Positions 12,113 to 25,399 of a stretch of DNA of 64,000 nt are shown here, one piece after another. The translations under genes were made by a program, and so were the position numbers. The notes below the pieces were generated by a model. That model worked only from the letters and a program-made list of their open reading frames with translations. It did no database searches and had not been told where the DNA came from. This DNA comes from Felis catus (taxonomy: Eukaryota), in NCBI RefSeq assembly GCF_018350175.1, contig NC_058368.1, forward strand, positions 90,584,001 to 90,648,000, read 5' to 3'. Positions within the stretch are counted from its first letter, which is position 1. Every line of letters starts with the position of its first letter.

Positions 12113-14420
12113 TTTAATGTTTATTTCAGGGGCGCCTTGGTGGCTCATTTGGTTAAGCGTCCAACTTCAGCTCAGGTCATGATCTCATGGTTTATGAGTT
12201 TGAGCCCCGTGTTGGGCTCTGTGCTGAAAGCTCAGAGCCTGGAGCCTCTGCTTCGGATTCTGTGTCTCCCTCTCCCTCTGCCCCTCCCCTGCTTGTGTTG
12301 TGTCTCTCTCTGTCTCTCTGTCTTGTCTGTCTCTCTCTTTCAAAAATAAATAAACATTAAAAAAGAAATTTAAAAAATTAAATATTTATTTTGAAAGAGA
12401 GAGCACAAGTGGGGGAGGTGCAGGGGGGGGGGGGACAGAGGATTTGAAGCTGGCTCTGCCCTGACAGCAGAGAGCCCAATGCAGGGCTTGAACTCACAAA
12501 CTGTGAGATCATGACCTGAGCCAAAGTCAATGCTCAACCAATAGAGCCACCCAGGTGCCCCTCTTTCTTGTTTTTTTCTTTCTTTGACACAACCTCCCAG
12601 TCTATAATTTGTGTGATGCCTGATGTTGGAATCCCTAAGTGTCTCTTCTCAAGGGTAAGCCCCTTATTCATCCCTGAGGCTTTAAATATCATCCATATCC
12701 AGTGACATTCAGATTTTTATATCCAGCTTAGACTACTCTTGTTGGCTTTAGACTTATAGGACTCCAGCTGCTTGTATGACACCTCCACTTGGATATCTTG
12801 GAAGCATCTCAAATTTAATATATTCAAAATGGATCTACTGACATGTCCCATCCTTTCTGCCTGCCTCCAGCTCTCCCCTCTCCCCATCTCAGTGAATGGT
12901 GCCTTTGTCCCTCCAGGACACTGACCTTCCTGTGTCCTTTCCCTTCTTCTCTTTAATCCTTTTCTCATCCAACACTTACTTGTTGATGCCTATTACATGC
13001 CAGGCACTCTGTCCCAGTGCTAGCAATATAAGCAACATTGTAGTGTGGGGGAACAGCCAAGAAACAGTAATCACGCAAATAAACAAGATGATCACAGGGT
13101 GTAGAAAAGGTATGAAAGATTTGAATAGAGGAATTTGATGGACAGAGACCCAGAGAAGGAGCTGGTGATGAGAGCATTTGAGGGACAGTGCTCTGGGTGG
13201 AGGAATCCCCATTTGCAAAGGCCTGCGATAGAAAAGAGCAGAAAGGAGGTCAGCATGGCTGGGGCATAAGGAAGGGGGTGAAGAGGCCATGAGAAGAAGA
13301 TGGGAGGCACACAGGAGTCACATCATGCAGGACCTCGTTGAGAGCCATGAAAGATTCAAAGCGGGTGAGTTATATGATCTCACTTGTAGTTTTCAAAGAC
13401 TGCTCCAGACTGATAATTGGTAAGGGGTTTCTTTTTGTGGGTGATGAAAATGTTCTAAACTTAGAACGTGGTGATAGTGGGGCGCCTGGGTGGCTCGGTC
13501 AGTTAAGCATCTGACTCCCGGTTTCGGCTCAGGTTATGATCTCACAGTTTCGTGAGTTTGAGCCCCACCTTGGGTTCTGTACTAACAGTGTGGAGCTTGC
13601 TTGGGATTCTCTCTCTACCTCTCTTTCTCTCTCTCTCTCCCCCTGCCCTGCCCTCTTCTCTCTCAAAAATAAATAAATAAACTTAAAAAATAAAAAAAAA
13701 TAAAAAGAATGTGGTGATGGTGGCAGAACTCAGTGATTACACTGAAATAAAAAACAAAACAACAACAACAAAAAACCTGTCTGGTATGTGAATTATATCT
13801 CAGTAAAGCTGTTAGCAGGACAAAAGGAAATCACTCTGGGGTTGAGGGTGACCAGGCAGAGGACAAGAGGATAGCCCAGGAGATCAACCGTGTTCATCAG
13901 ATGATGGAGGGATGACAGAGCCTGGGCCAGAGCGGTGCCTGCCTGTGGGTGCCAGGCAGGATGTGGCGAATGTCAGGTGGGGGACGGGGAGGAAGGAGGG
14001 TTCCTTTCTCAAACTATTGGCAGCACAGCAGCAAGAATAATCCTTGAGAAAATAAAATGGGTCATTCCACTGTGCAGCTTGAGCCTTCAGTGGTTTCCCA
14101 CTGCCAGTAGAACCATGTCTGGCTTCAGGCCCCCCAGCCTCAAAGCTGGGTTGCTTTGGCCAAATCACTCTGCCCTAACCAGGCCCTCTCATCTGTCAAA
14201 TCCCAGTGTGAGTGCCACTTTCTCAGCAACTTCCTCCAACCTCACATTATGTCAGGGGCTCTTGCTGTCCTGCACAGCACTTGTCAGGATCTGTAGTCAT
14301 TGGCTGAGTTGCATAATCATTCGTTTTTTGTTCACCTCCCCCACTAAACTGCAAGCTCTTCCAGGACAGGGATCTTTTCTCCTGTGATTATGCCTCCAGT
14401 GCTCAGGCAAGAGCACGGTA
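11890..14420. mobile_element. Degenerate L2 fragments in both orientations, interrupted by SINEs and an L1 3' piece
   Basis: L2-like strings, e.g. CTCCACTTGGATATCTTGGAAGCATCTCAAATTTAA at ~12783 and TGCCAGGCACTCTG at ~12998. Confidence 0.5.
12041..12115 (+). repeat. (TTTC)n microsatellite
   Basis: About 13 perfect TTTC units, derived from a SINE tail. Confidence 0.9.
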
Positions 14421-14519
14421 TATGAAATGTACTGGAACGTTGTCTGGGTGGATTGAATGCATGAAATGGATGTATATGTGAGAAGCTAGTAAGCAACGGG
14501 CCAAGGAACCTTCAGAAAG

Positions 14520-15770
14520 GAAAATCACATTACAAAGACTCAAAAATGTAAGGGACAACCCACAGAATGAGAGAGAATATTTGCAAATCATATACTCATA
14601 AGGGATTAATATCCAGAATATATAAAAAATCCTTAAAACTCAGACAAAACAACAACAACAACTACCACCAAATGAAAAATAGAGGGGCGCCTGGGTGGCA
14701 CAGTCGGTTAAGCGTCCGACTTCAGCCTGGTCACGATCTCGCGGTCCGTGAGTTCGAGCCCCGCGTCAGTCTCTGGGCTGATGGCTCAGAGCCTGGAGCC
14801 TGTTTCCGATTCTGTGTCTCCCTCTCTCTCTGCTCCTCCCCCGTTCATGCTCTGTCTCTCTCTGTCCCCAAAATAAATAAACATTGAAAAAAAATTAAAA
14901 AAAAAAGAAAAAAAAAAAGAAAAATAGAAAAGGAACTTAAACACACATTTCTCCAAAGGAGATCTACAAATGGCCCCGAAGTATATAGAAAGATGCTCAA
15001 CATCTTCAGAGATGTTCATTAGAGAAATGCAAATGAACACCACGGGGAGACACCACTTCACACTCCTTGACAGCTACTGTAAAAAACTAAAACCAAAAAC
15101 AACTAGGAAATAACTAGTGTTGCTGAAGATGTGGAGAAATTGGAAGCCTTGTGCATTGCTGGCGGTGATGTAAAATATCTCAGTCTCTGTGGAAAACAGT
15201 TTGGTGGTCCTTAAAAAAGATAAACATAGAATGACACAGAATCCAGCAATTCCACTCCTGGGTATATACAGATACCCAGATCTGTATGAAACAGATACTT
15301 TTACCCCCAACGTTCAAAGCAGCACTATTCACAAGAGTTAAAAGGTGGGACCAACTCAAATGTCCATTAATGGATTAACAGATAAACAAGATGTAGTATA
15401 TACATATAACAACATTTGTTTTAGAAAGAAAGGAAATTCTGATAAGGTCTATTCTAATGGATAGGCCTTGAAACTATTGTGTTGAGTTAAATAACCATAC
15501 ACAAAAAATATTCTACGATTCCACTTATGTCAGGTACCTAGAATAGGCAAATTTCTAGAGACAGAATAGAGGTCACTGGGGACTGGGGGAGTCAGTGCTT
15601 AAATGGTAGTATTTCAGTTGGAGAAGATGAAAATGTTCTGGAGAAAGATAGTCGTGATATTTGCACAACATTGTGAATGTATTTAATCCCATTCAGTTGT
15701 ACACTTAAAAATGGCTAAAAGGGTAACTTTTTTGTTAGGTATATTTTACCACAACAAAAAAATTTTAAAC
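14520..15770 (+). mobile_element. L1 3' end (old L1M-type) containing a young SINE
   Basis: GLISRIYK peptide; the 3'UTR ends TGTACACTTAAAAATGGCTAAAAGGGTAAC...TTTTACCACAA. Confidence 0.8.
14684..14918 (+). mobile_element. Young CanSINE (SINEC_Fc-type)
   Basis: CpG-intact tRNA-derived head, CT tract, poly-A tail, TSD GAAAAATAGA. Confidence 0.9.
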
Positions 15771-17469
15771 ATAAGGAATAACGTTAGCCATCAGTACACT
15801 TTGAACACCTGGCTGCAGGATTCAACCACAGTGAGTGACCAGGCTAAAGCCTTGGGAGACCAGGGTCAATACCTAAAAAGTTCAAAACCAACGGTTGTCG
15901 CATTCCGCCTTGAAGGAGGTGCGCGGAGCCAACCGAAGGGGGGGCGTGTTAGGATCCCCTTTTCCCATCCTCGCTCTGCGGCGGACCCCCCTCCTTTGGG
16001 AGAGCCAGGCTCCTCCCCTGGGACGCTCCGCCTCCGCCTTTGTTTATACTGCTCCAAATATACGAATTCACTGTGGTTGGAATAGTTTCGGAGTCTTCAC
16101 GAGGTGTGGGAGAGGCGATCTCCTGTAATACAATCGGGATCGCGCAGCTGGAGGGGCAAAGCCAGGCAGCGTGGAGGTGGGGATGCGCTTGGGACCCTAG
16201 TCCCCGGCTCTACCCACTGCGCCCGCGTGGCTGTCTGAGTGTCCAGCTCCAAAGTGTGGTCCCTGCCCGCAAGCACGTTCGGGAGGCTGCTGGTGCTGAG
16301 ATTCCAAGACGATGGGGAGAAACGCGTGTCCTGACGTTCTCAATCTAACCACTAAGAGAATTGTAAAGTTTTGCATCTGCAAATAGTTAAGTGTTGAGCA
16401 TTAAAACGATGAAAAACACCGAGAAACAAAGCGAAACAAGACAATTCACCCACGCTGGCACCATCCAACGTCCCTATAAACATTTTAGATTATACCTTGT
16501 ATGTGTGTATATACATACATACACACACACACACACACATTCTATACATGTGTGTAGTTATACATATTTCAGAAAACTGAGCTGTACTATTATTGCTTCA
16601 TGAATTGCTTTTCACGTAACAAGTATTGTAAACGTCTTTTCAAAAATATACTCCTAAACCACCATTTTTAATCATTGTGGAGTATTCTATTATAGAGATC
16701 AGTTTTTCTCAATTTCTTTTTTCATGATTGTCACCCAAAGGAAACTTTTTGGGCAGTTTTCCCCCTAATGCCTCCCCACATGAAATGTTAATAGCATAGA
16801 CATATGGTATATCTTTTTAGGTGGCCATAAAGCATGGTAGTAGCAAAGATTGTATTTGCCTTTCCCCCACACTCAAGAACTAATTTTTGCCACCCTTAGG
16901 AGGTGATATCACTCCAAGTAAGAATGTATGGTAAAGCTATACCACAATTTATTCAACACAACAATAGACATTTAAAGTTATTTTCTATGATTTCCCCATT
17001 TCAGGCTGCAATAAACATTCTTATAATTTTTTATAAAAGTAAGCTCTACGCCCAACAGTGGGCTCAAACTCACCACCCCAACATCAAGAGTCCCATGCTC
17101 TACCGACTGAGACAGCCAAAAAAAATATATTTTAAGTTTATTTATTTATTTTGAGAGAGAGAGATGGCGGGGAGGGCAGAGAGAGGGAGACAGAATCCCA
17201 AGCAGGCTCCACACTGTCAGCACAGAGCCTAATATGGGCTCGATCCCAGAACAATGAGATCATGACCTGAGCTGAAACCAAGAGTTGGATGCCTAACCTA
17301 CTGAGCCACTCAGGCACACTAAGGGACATATATTTTCAAGACTTTGAATATATTTTGCCAATAGTCCTTCAGGCAGACTGTACCAATTTACATTCCAACA
17401 GCAGTGCAATGCATGTGCATGGCGTCTCCCTGCATTCTTTCCCTTTCCAGCTCTATTATTACTCTTTTT

Positions 17470-17701
17470 TATTTATTTTTTTTTTTAAATTTTTTTTCCA
17501 ACGTTTATTTATTTTTGGGACAGAGAGAGACAGAGCATGAACGGGGGAGAGGCAGAGAGAGAGGGAGACACAGAATCGGAAACAGGCTCCAGGCTCTGAG
17601 CCATCAGCCCAGAGCCCGACGCGGGGCTCGAACCCACGGACCGCGAGATCGTGACCTGGCTGAAGTCGGACGCTTAACCGACTGCGCCACCCAGGCGCCC
17701 C
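17470..17701 (-). mobile_element. Young CanSINE (SINEC_Fc-type)
   Basis: Reverse complement of GGGGCGCCTGGGTGGCGCAGTCGGTTAAGCGTCCG..., TSD ATTATTACTCTTTTT. Confidence 0.9.
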
Positions 17702-20700
17702 AATTATTACTCTTTTTTAAAATAGTATTTGTTTGTTTGTTTAGAAAAAGAAAGAGAGAGCATGTAGGAGAGGCAGAGAGAGAGGAATCTCAAGCAGGCT
17801 CCACACTGTCCGAGAGGAGCCGGATGAGGGGCTGGAACTCACAAACTCTGAGATCACCACCTGAGCGGAGATCAGGTGTTGGATGCTTAACTGATTGAGC
17901 CACCCAGGTGCCCCATATTATTACTCTTTTTAACAGTCATTACTTTGAAAATTAGTGGTGAAAGGTGTTGCATTGTTTTTTACTTTAATTTGTATTTCTT
18001 TGGCCACAGTGTTTTAATGTAACGTTAATATAGTTTTACATGGTCCATATACCACTTATTAATTTTGTAATCTGCTCTTTTCCCACATACAATTATATCA
18101 CACACATTTCTTCACAATATCAACAAATCCATAAAAACATAATTTTAATGGCTGCAATGTGTCATCACAAAAATTAAGTGGAATATACCAGTTTCTATTA
18201 AAACTATGATGTCATTAATTTTAAGACACACTATTTATGTACTACTAAAAAAATGCTGCCAAGTAAACTATAACATGTCACTGGTTTTTAAAACACATCC
18301 CTATATTAGAGAGGTTAAACTGTGAAAAGATATTATTTTAGAATTGATGAAAGATATAGATGATGAATAAATGGATGCTTTATCTATGTGTGGGAAAGGG
18401 CTTTCTAAGCTTAAAGATAAAAGAAGGTATCCATGGCTTTGACTTCATCAAAATTAAAAACTTCCTTATTTCTTTTTTTTTAAAGTTTATTTATTTTTGA
18501 GAGAATCCCAAGCAGTCTCCGCACTGTAAATGCACAGCCCACCTAGGGCTCCATCTGATCTGATGAAGTATAAGATCAAGACCTGAACTGAAATCAAGAG
18601 TCAGATGCTTAACTGACTGAGCCACCCAGGTGCCCCAAAACTTCCTTATTTCTTATTAAAACTATAACAAGCAAAAGGTAAGTGAACAGAAAGATATTTG
18701 GGGCAGCTGTGACCAAGGGTTAATAGCCTTAAAAAGACCACAAGATCACTGGAGAAAGCAATCAAACTGCCAATTTACGTAAGAGGGAGTTGGCTATAAA
18801 TGTATAAAATTTATTCTACCTCACTAGTAATCAAACAGGTGCAAATTAGAGATATGATTTTTCTCAGTGTTACATCACCAAAGATTAGTGGAAAGGAAAT
18901 TTTCAGTGCCAGCAAAACAAGGGATATGAAACCCTCACATACCACAGAGAGGATTTGTCAAGTGCTATAGCCTTTATTAGGGGCCTTCAAAAGACTCAGA
19001 TCCTTTCATTAAATAATTTTACTTCTAGAAATTTACCCTACAGAAATGATCAAGTCTTTCTGTGATAATGATACATTACATTGATTTTTTTAAAGGATTT
19101 TTAAGTACCTCTACACCTTATGTGGGGCTCAAACCCACAATGCCAAGATCAAAAGTTGCATGCTCCACTGACTAAGCCATCCAGGCACCCACATTCTTAT
19201 TATGGGAGAAAATCACAGGAAACTGTAGGAAAAAAACTAGGAAAACTAAACATCTTAGAAGTGTGGCCATATTGTTAAAAGGTAGAAACATGATTTTTTT
19301 AAATGCACTACCAAAGAGATCGGGGGTTTTCCCTCATCTGATCATAAACCAGTGTTCTTTGGTCATTTAATAAGACCTGAACTCTCAAACGCTGTAACCT
19401 ATTAAGATGACACCTCCGGATGTTAATTATACCTTAATTAAAACAAAAAATTATAAGAAACCTCTGGGAAGTGTCTTTGTGATATCCTGGAGAGAGCATC
19501 CAAAAGCAAAAAAAATGGGGGCGCCTGGGTGGCTCAGTTGGTTAAGCGTCCGACTTCAGCTCAGGTCATGATCTCACACTCTGTGAGTTCGAGCCCGGCG
19601 TCAGGCTCTGTGCTGACAGCTCAGAGCCTGGAGCCTGCTTCAGATTCTGTGTCTCCCTTTCTCTCTGCCCCTCCTCTGCTCATGCTCTGTCTCTTTCTAT
19701 CTCAAAAATAAGTAAAACATTAAAAAAAATCTCAAAAGCAAAAAAAAATGTTTTCCTTACTTGTGAACCACCCAGAAATAGACCTCCTGTCTGGAAGATT
19801 TGGGAGTCCCACGTCTTGGTGACTTCAGCCAAAATGCCATTTCCTCTAGCTCTGTTTTCATTTGAGGGCAGGCAGCATTATTCACCCTGCCTGTTCTTTC
19901 TGTGTCCCTCTCACTCCTAGCCATGGAATTTTCCTTTACCAACAGCTTGTATTGCTCCCTGTTGAAGATCTGCTCATGCCTTCCCCTTGCACTTTGAGTT
20001 AACACCCTTGCCAAGACCTAAATGGCCCGTCAGGATCACCCTACCTCTGGGATCCTATCTTGGATCATTGTCCCCCTTTACTCCATTGATGAATCTTTCT
20101 CTAGTTTTCTCAAACCTGTCAAAACTGGATGCGGCTTCCAGATTATTACACTTGGGCAGGAACAAACGTTCGCCCAAGGATTTCGCCCAAATGCTTTCAT
20201 GGTGGCATTCAGAGAGGCCTTCACTAACTGTCCAACACTACCTTATTGCTAACTTATTTATGGCCTGTGTCCGTAGGTCTGAGGTGGAGAGGACAGGCAG
20301 GTAAGTTCCCTGCAGTGCTGGTGGGGACCAGGAACACCATTCATCTTGTGCCATATGCTCACATGGGGTGACCCGGCGTCTCCACCGGGGAAAGGGACTT
20401 AATAGTACCCACTTATCCTTGGAAGAATTAAGCAGGAACCTGCTCAGGAGAGCCGAGTCCGGCGCTGATGGAAGTGCAGTGGGACACGGCTTCCGGCCAC
20501 CCTTTCTCGTGGCAGCGCCCCGCGGCGTTCCGGGCCTGCCTACTGGGCGCAGCAGAGGTGGGGGGGGGGGGGGAGGGTCGCGGGGGTGCGAGTTCGTTAG
20601 GGCAAAAGCCAGGTACGGGACTGAGGCACGCGCAGCAGACCCCGCGCGGGTCCGGGCCTCAGGCCCGACGGTGGCAGGTAAGGGGAGTGGAGGCACATAA

Positions 20701-21264
20701 GCCTTGGACATGCTTCCGGTGTCGCAGCCCCCAGGAGAGGCCCAGGTGGTCATAGGCTGGTTCTAGGGAGAAAACGGGTATAGGCGGCGCCAGGGCGGGG
20801 AGCGGCTGTCCCTTCAGGTCAGCCCGGAGCACGGATAATAGGCTAGAGTAGGGGTAGGAACGTAGCCACCGCACCACACCCGAGATCTCGGGACGGCCTT
20901 TCATATGATTACTACAGGGAATGGATTGCCGCCATTCCCCTCCCCCACTCTGGCGGGTAAGGGGACAGAACTGTTTGAAGGAAGACGCATGCGCATGAAA
21001 CTAAATCATAAACGGCAGAGGCTCGAAGTTCAATAACCGCGGAATGGCGCAGGCGCAAGAAAGCCCGGCGGGTTTATGGAGGTGGGAGGGGGAATGAGCC
21101 CAAAACGCGTGCGCACAATCATATGCTGCCTAGAGGGAGGCCCGTTCATGAAATTACGCATGCGTCTGAGCTCTGTGTGACGCAAGGGGGCGGTGCGGGC
21201 ACCTAGCTGCGCGTGCGCAGAGCTTGTTCAAAGGGCCTTATTTAGGTTGCGCAGGCGCCCGCTG

Positions 21265-21306
21265 GCCATTTCTTCTCAGCCACGCCGAAGTCGTGTGTTC
21301 AGGTAG
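21265..21306 (+). other. HNRNPH1: HNRNPH1 non-coding first exon (TSS approximate)
   Basis: CTCAGCCACGCCGAAGTCGTGTG resembles the human HNRNPH1 5'UTR as I recall it. It ends at the consensus donor TAG|GTGAGT (21306/21307), with a second possible donor CAG|GTAGGT at 21302. Confidence 0.7.
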
Positions 21307-21810
21307 GTGAGTGTCGCTCTGTGTTTGCTACCCAGCGGCCCCCGAGGATGTCATTTTTTCGAGGACTGCTTATCCCTAGCCCTCGGTAGTGCCTGTGGGG
21401 CCCTGGCAAGGTGCGGGCTGCAACTAGAAGCCAGAAGTAATTCGCCGAGTAGCGGCGGGGCCGCCGAGGCCTGCAGGCCGCGTCGACTCTATTGTGTGAG
21501 ATGTCGGAGGAGGCGGAGCGGAAGCGGCCGCCGCCATTTCCTTGCCTCCACGCTGGCGCTAGGCCAGGGCCCCCTCGGCTTGGGGCACCGGTACTTGGGG
21601 CCCACAGCGGCTTCGGGCTCCCGGCCGTTGGCCAAAGAGGTGTTGGTGTTGGAATTGCTGGGTTTCGAGCGTCTGCACGGGCTCGCCTCATACTCGGGCG
21701 CCGCGGACCGTCGGGCGCCTCGAGGGCGGAGGGCTGTTGAATTTTAACATTTCCCTGTTCTGACGTTCATCCCTCGCCTTTCAGTCTGTTTGGACGCCAG
21801 GACCCACTAA

Positions 21811-22284
<474 letters not shown>

Positions 22285-23156
22285 TAACATTTTGCAAAAC
22301 TTGAAGTGTAACAACTCACTCCCAATTTTGGTATGTTCTTGAAGCAGGGTATTTGACTTCAGAAAGTTAAAATGTCACTTGTTAATTTCAGACAATTTTC
22401 CAAATCAAGATTTGGTAATTGTGACGAGTTCTTGCTCATTCTAGTTCTTGATCTGGCTCACTTTACAGTTGAGGACACTGAAGCCCAGGGAAATTTACTT
22501 GTCTGTGTAGCTCTTTTCCAGTATGTAGGTTTTCTGAATAATTTCTACTAGAATGTCCTTTTTCTCATTGCTAGTGTGAGTTTAGGCTGATAAAGATATA
22601 TTTGGAAGAAATTTACAGGTTTTGGAAGGACACTTGTAGTATTGACTTACTGTCTGAATTTAGCCTGGGTAACGGAAAACGACCTGTAAAACGAGAACCA
22701 AGTACACTGGAAGCCACCTTGCGGTGAGCAAGACTGAGTTTGGCTTCAGCTGTGCAACTTGGAGCATTTTAGCTTGCTAACATTGATCCCCACTTAGGTG
22801 AGTATTGGCCCTGCAAATTTGGATTCACAGGAGAAATTGTAATGTTGCTGCTAGTAAGGTAAAACCAAGTGCCCTGGACCAAAACTTGAAACAGTACCCA
22901 GAAAATGCCATAAAATCAAAGTCCAGACTTATTTTATGAGGGGTTTCAAAGGATGTTCAATGGAGAAGACTTGGAAATCAATTTTGTTAAACTGTTTGGA
23001 TTTTGGGTTTTCTTGAGGTAATGTAATGTATCATCCAGGGAGTAAGGAAGTTTGGGAGAAGTTAACGGCTTAAGTTCTAGAAAGCGGCTCTGGGATTTGG
23101 TAATATTGCTCATTCTAGGCTTTGCAAAAGCTCTGTTTGTAGCGGAGCATGAATAG

Positions 23157-23495
<339 letters not shown>

Positions 23496-23617
23496 TAGGT
23501 ATTTGACCGCATGGAAATGGTCATCTAAGGGAGTTTATGGCAGCTCTTCCTAGATTATCTAAAGACCCAGGAAGTCTGAACTTCGTTCTCTGACTTTCCA
23601 AAATTGACTAATTCTAA

Positions 23618-23779
<162 letters not shown>

Positions 23780-25260
23780 TAGTTGTGTTTGTTGCTGAGC
23801 AGTGAGTTCTGGCTAGCTTCTGGCAACATGTGATTTAATAGACCTTAAAGTTGAGTAGCTTAGATATTTAAACAGGTGTGAGTATATACAGGTGAATTAA
23901 ATGTTTTCTTCTTCCTGGAGACCTTCAAATAATTTAAGCCCATCTTAAAGGTGGAAATTAAGTACTTTGAAAATGCTAACTTTGCCTATATTTAGTATTG
24001 TAGTTCAGAGTAGATCTTTGAGGATTGTCCTCAACAGCTTAACTACTTCCTCACAATGCTGTTCAGCAAAGTACTTCAAGTTAAAGGTAAGATCCCTTAA
24101 CATTAGATTAGTTTGAGTTAGGTTGTTGTGATTTATGGCAAGTGCCTATGTGTTAAGACAAATTGGGTCATGGGCCCAGAAACGTCTCTAATGGCCTCTT
24201 AGTGGGGAAAAAAAATACGGAAGCAACTGGTTGTTGTAGCCAGGGAATTATGAACTTAATTAAAATCTAATGTAAGAGTAGTTTGAATGTAGTCTCATTG
24301 TCTGAAATAAAGTATTTTGAAACTGTTCTGGGCCTAAAGTATTTGAATGTTTTTATGCTGAAGAGCTGGTAAAATTGCATGTGTAGAAGAATGTTAGATC
24401 ATATATTTTAAGTACTATTTTAATACTCATGTGATAAGTGGAATTAAGAAATCCTTTCATGGTTCAGTATAGTATGTATAAAAATTTTGACTTAGATATG
24501 TATCAAGTCCTAATATTTTGCCAGAATTCTTGAAATCAAGTCTGCTTTGATTGTTTTTGTCTAAATTGGTGAGAATTGAATGCTATCTGTCAACGTTAAA
24601 TATGAACATAATTTCATATCTTCTAGGAAAGTGCTTTAAGCCCTTTTTGTAAGCTTGGGAATGTATCCACGGAAAGGATTTTTCATAGACGGAATTTCCA
24701 GAAGTGAATCATACTACTATTAGAGCATAAGAGTGCATGATTGTGCTGTGTAGATCAGTTGTTTGTTGAAAAGTTTAGATTGTATGTTTGTCAATTATAT
24801 GACTTAAGCAATGTTTCAATTTGTATATGAAATGTTTAAATGTGTAATTTTTTTTAAAAGTTGAAGTTCCACTAACTTAGAACATTGAAATATAAATTGA
24901 GGTAAAAGGTGTTTTAAGTATAGTAACTGTTGTATTTAATGCTTGAAACTTTATTAAATTCTTGTGTAATTCTCAACATTAATTTGCATAGATTAGAGTG
25001 TTAATTGTTGAATTCTTAATGCATCCTGTGTTCAAGTTTTTTTCTTACATACTGTGCCATGGGGTGTGTTAAGAATTGAGTTATACTTTGTAATAATGGA
25101 ACTTCATATTACAATGCATATGTAAAAAAGTACTTGTTGAAAGCATACCGTTCACCTAAAGTTAAAATTCTGGTTTATTTAAAGCTATAAGAAGAATCAT
25201 TTCTGGGCTTGTGATGTTAATATTGCCCCCCTACTGGGGTTATTTGTCCTTGGGTTGAAG

Positions 25261-25399
25261 GGTTGGAAATCGTGCCAAATGGGATAACATTGCCGGTGGA
25301 CTTCCAGGGGAGGAGTACGGGGGAGGCCTTCGTGCAGTTTGCTTCACAGGAAATAGCTGAAAAGGCTCTAAAGAAACACAAGGAAAGAATAGGGCACAG
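25261..25399 (+). CDS. HNRNPH1: hnRNP H1 coding exon 4 ([46 protein letters not shown]), qRRM2; 139-nt cassette
   Basis: Weak acceptor TTGGGTTGAAG| and weak donor |GTGGGG. The peptide appears in ORF 25263-25505. Confidence 0.96.

Larger units (their letters stand above)
270..19735. mobile_element. Dense CanSINE field upstream of HNRNPH1 (roughly one or more copies per kb)
   Basis: Recurrent GGGGCGCCTGGGTGGCTCAG heads with (CT)n and AAATAAA tails, e.g. ~615-822, 1215-1438, 3035-3240, 4982-5390, 6195-6405, 7310-7530, 8176-8395, 10020-10240, 10780-11205, 12128-12560, 13479-13700, 19517-19730. Confidence 0.85.

Noticed and set aside
13479..13570. tRNA-like A and B boxes (TGGCTC.GTC.GTTAAG, GAGTTYGAGCCCC), also in all SINE heads
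   Set aside because: These are tRNA-derived SINE promoters followed by CT tracts and poly-A, not tRNA genes.
14567..17898. Recurrent peptides such as MAQSVKRPTSAQVMIS... and GAPGWRSRLSVRLQPGHDL..., here and throughout the window
   Set aside because: These are translations of CanSINE copies, not a gene family.
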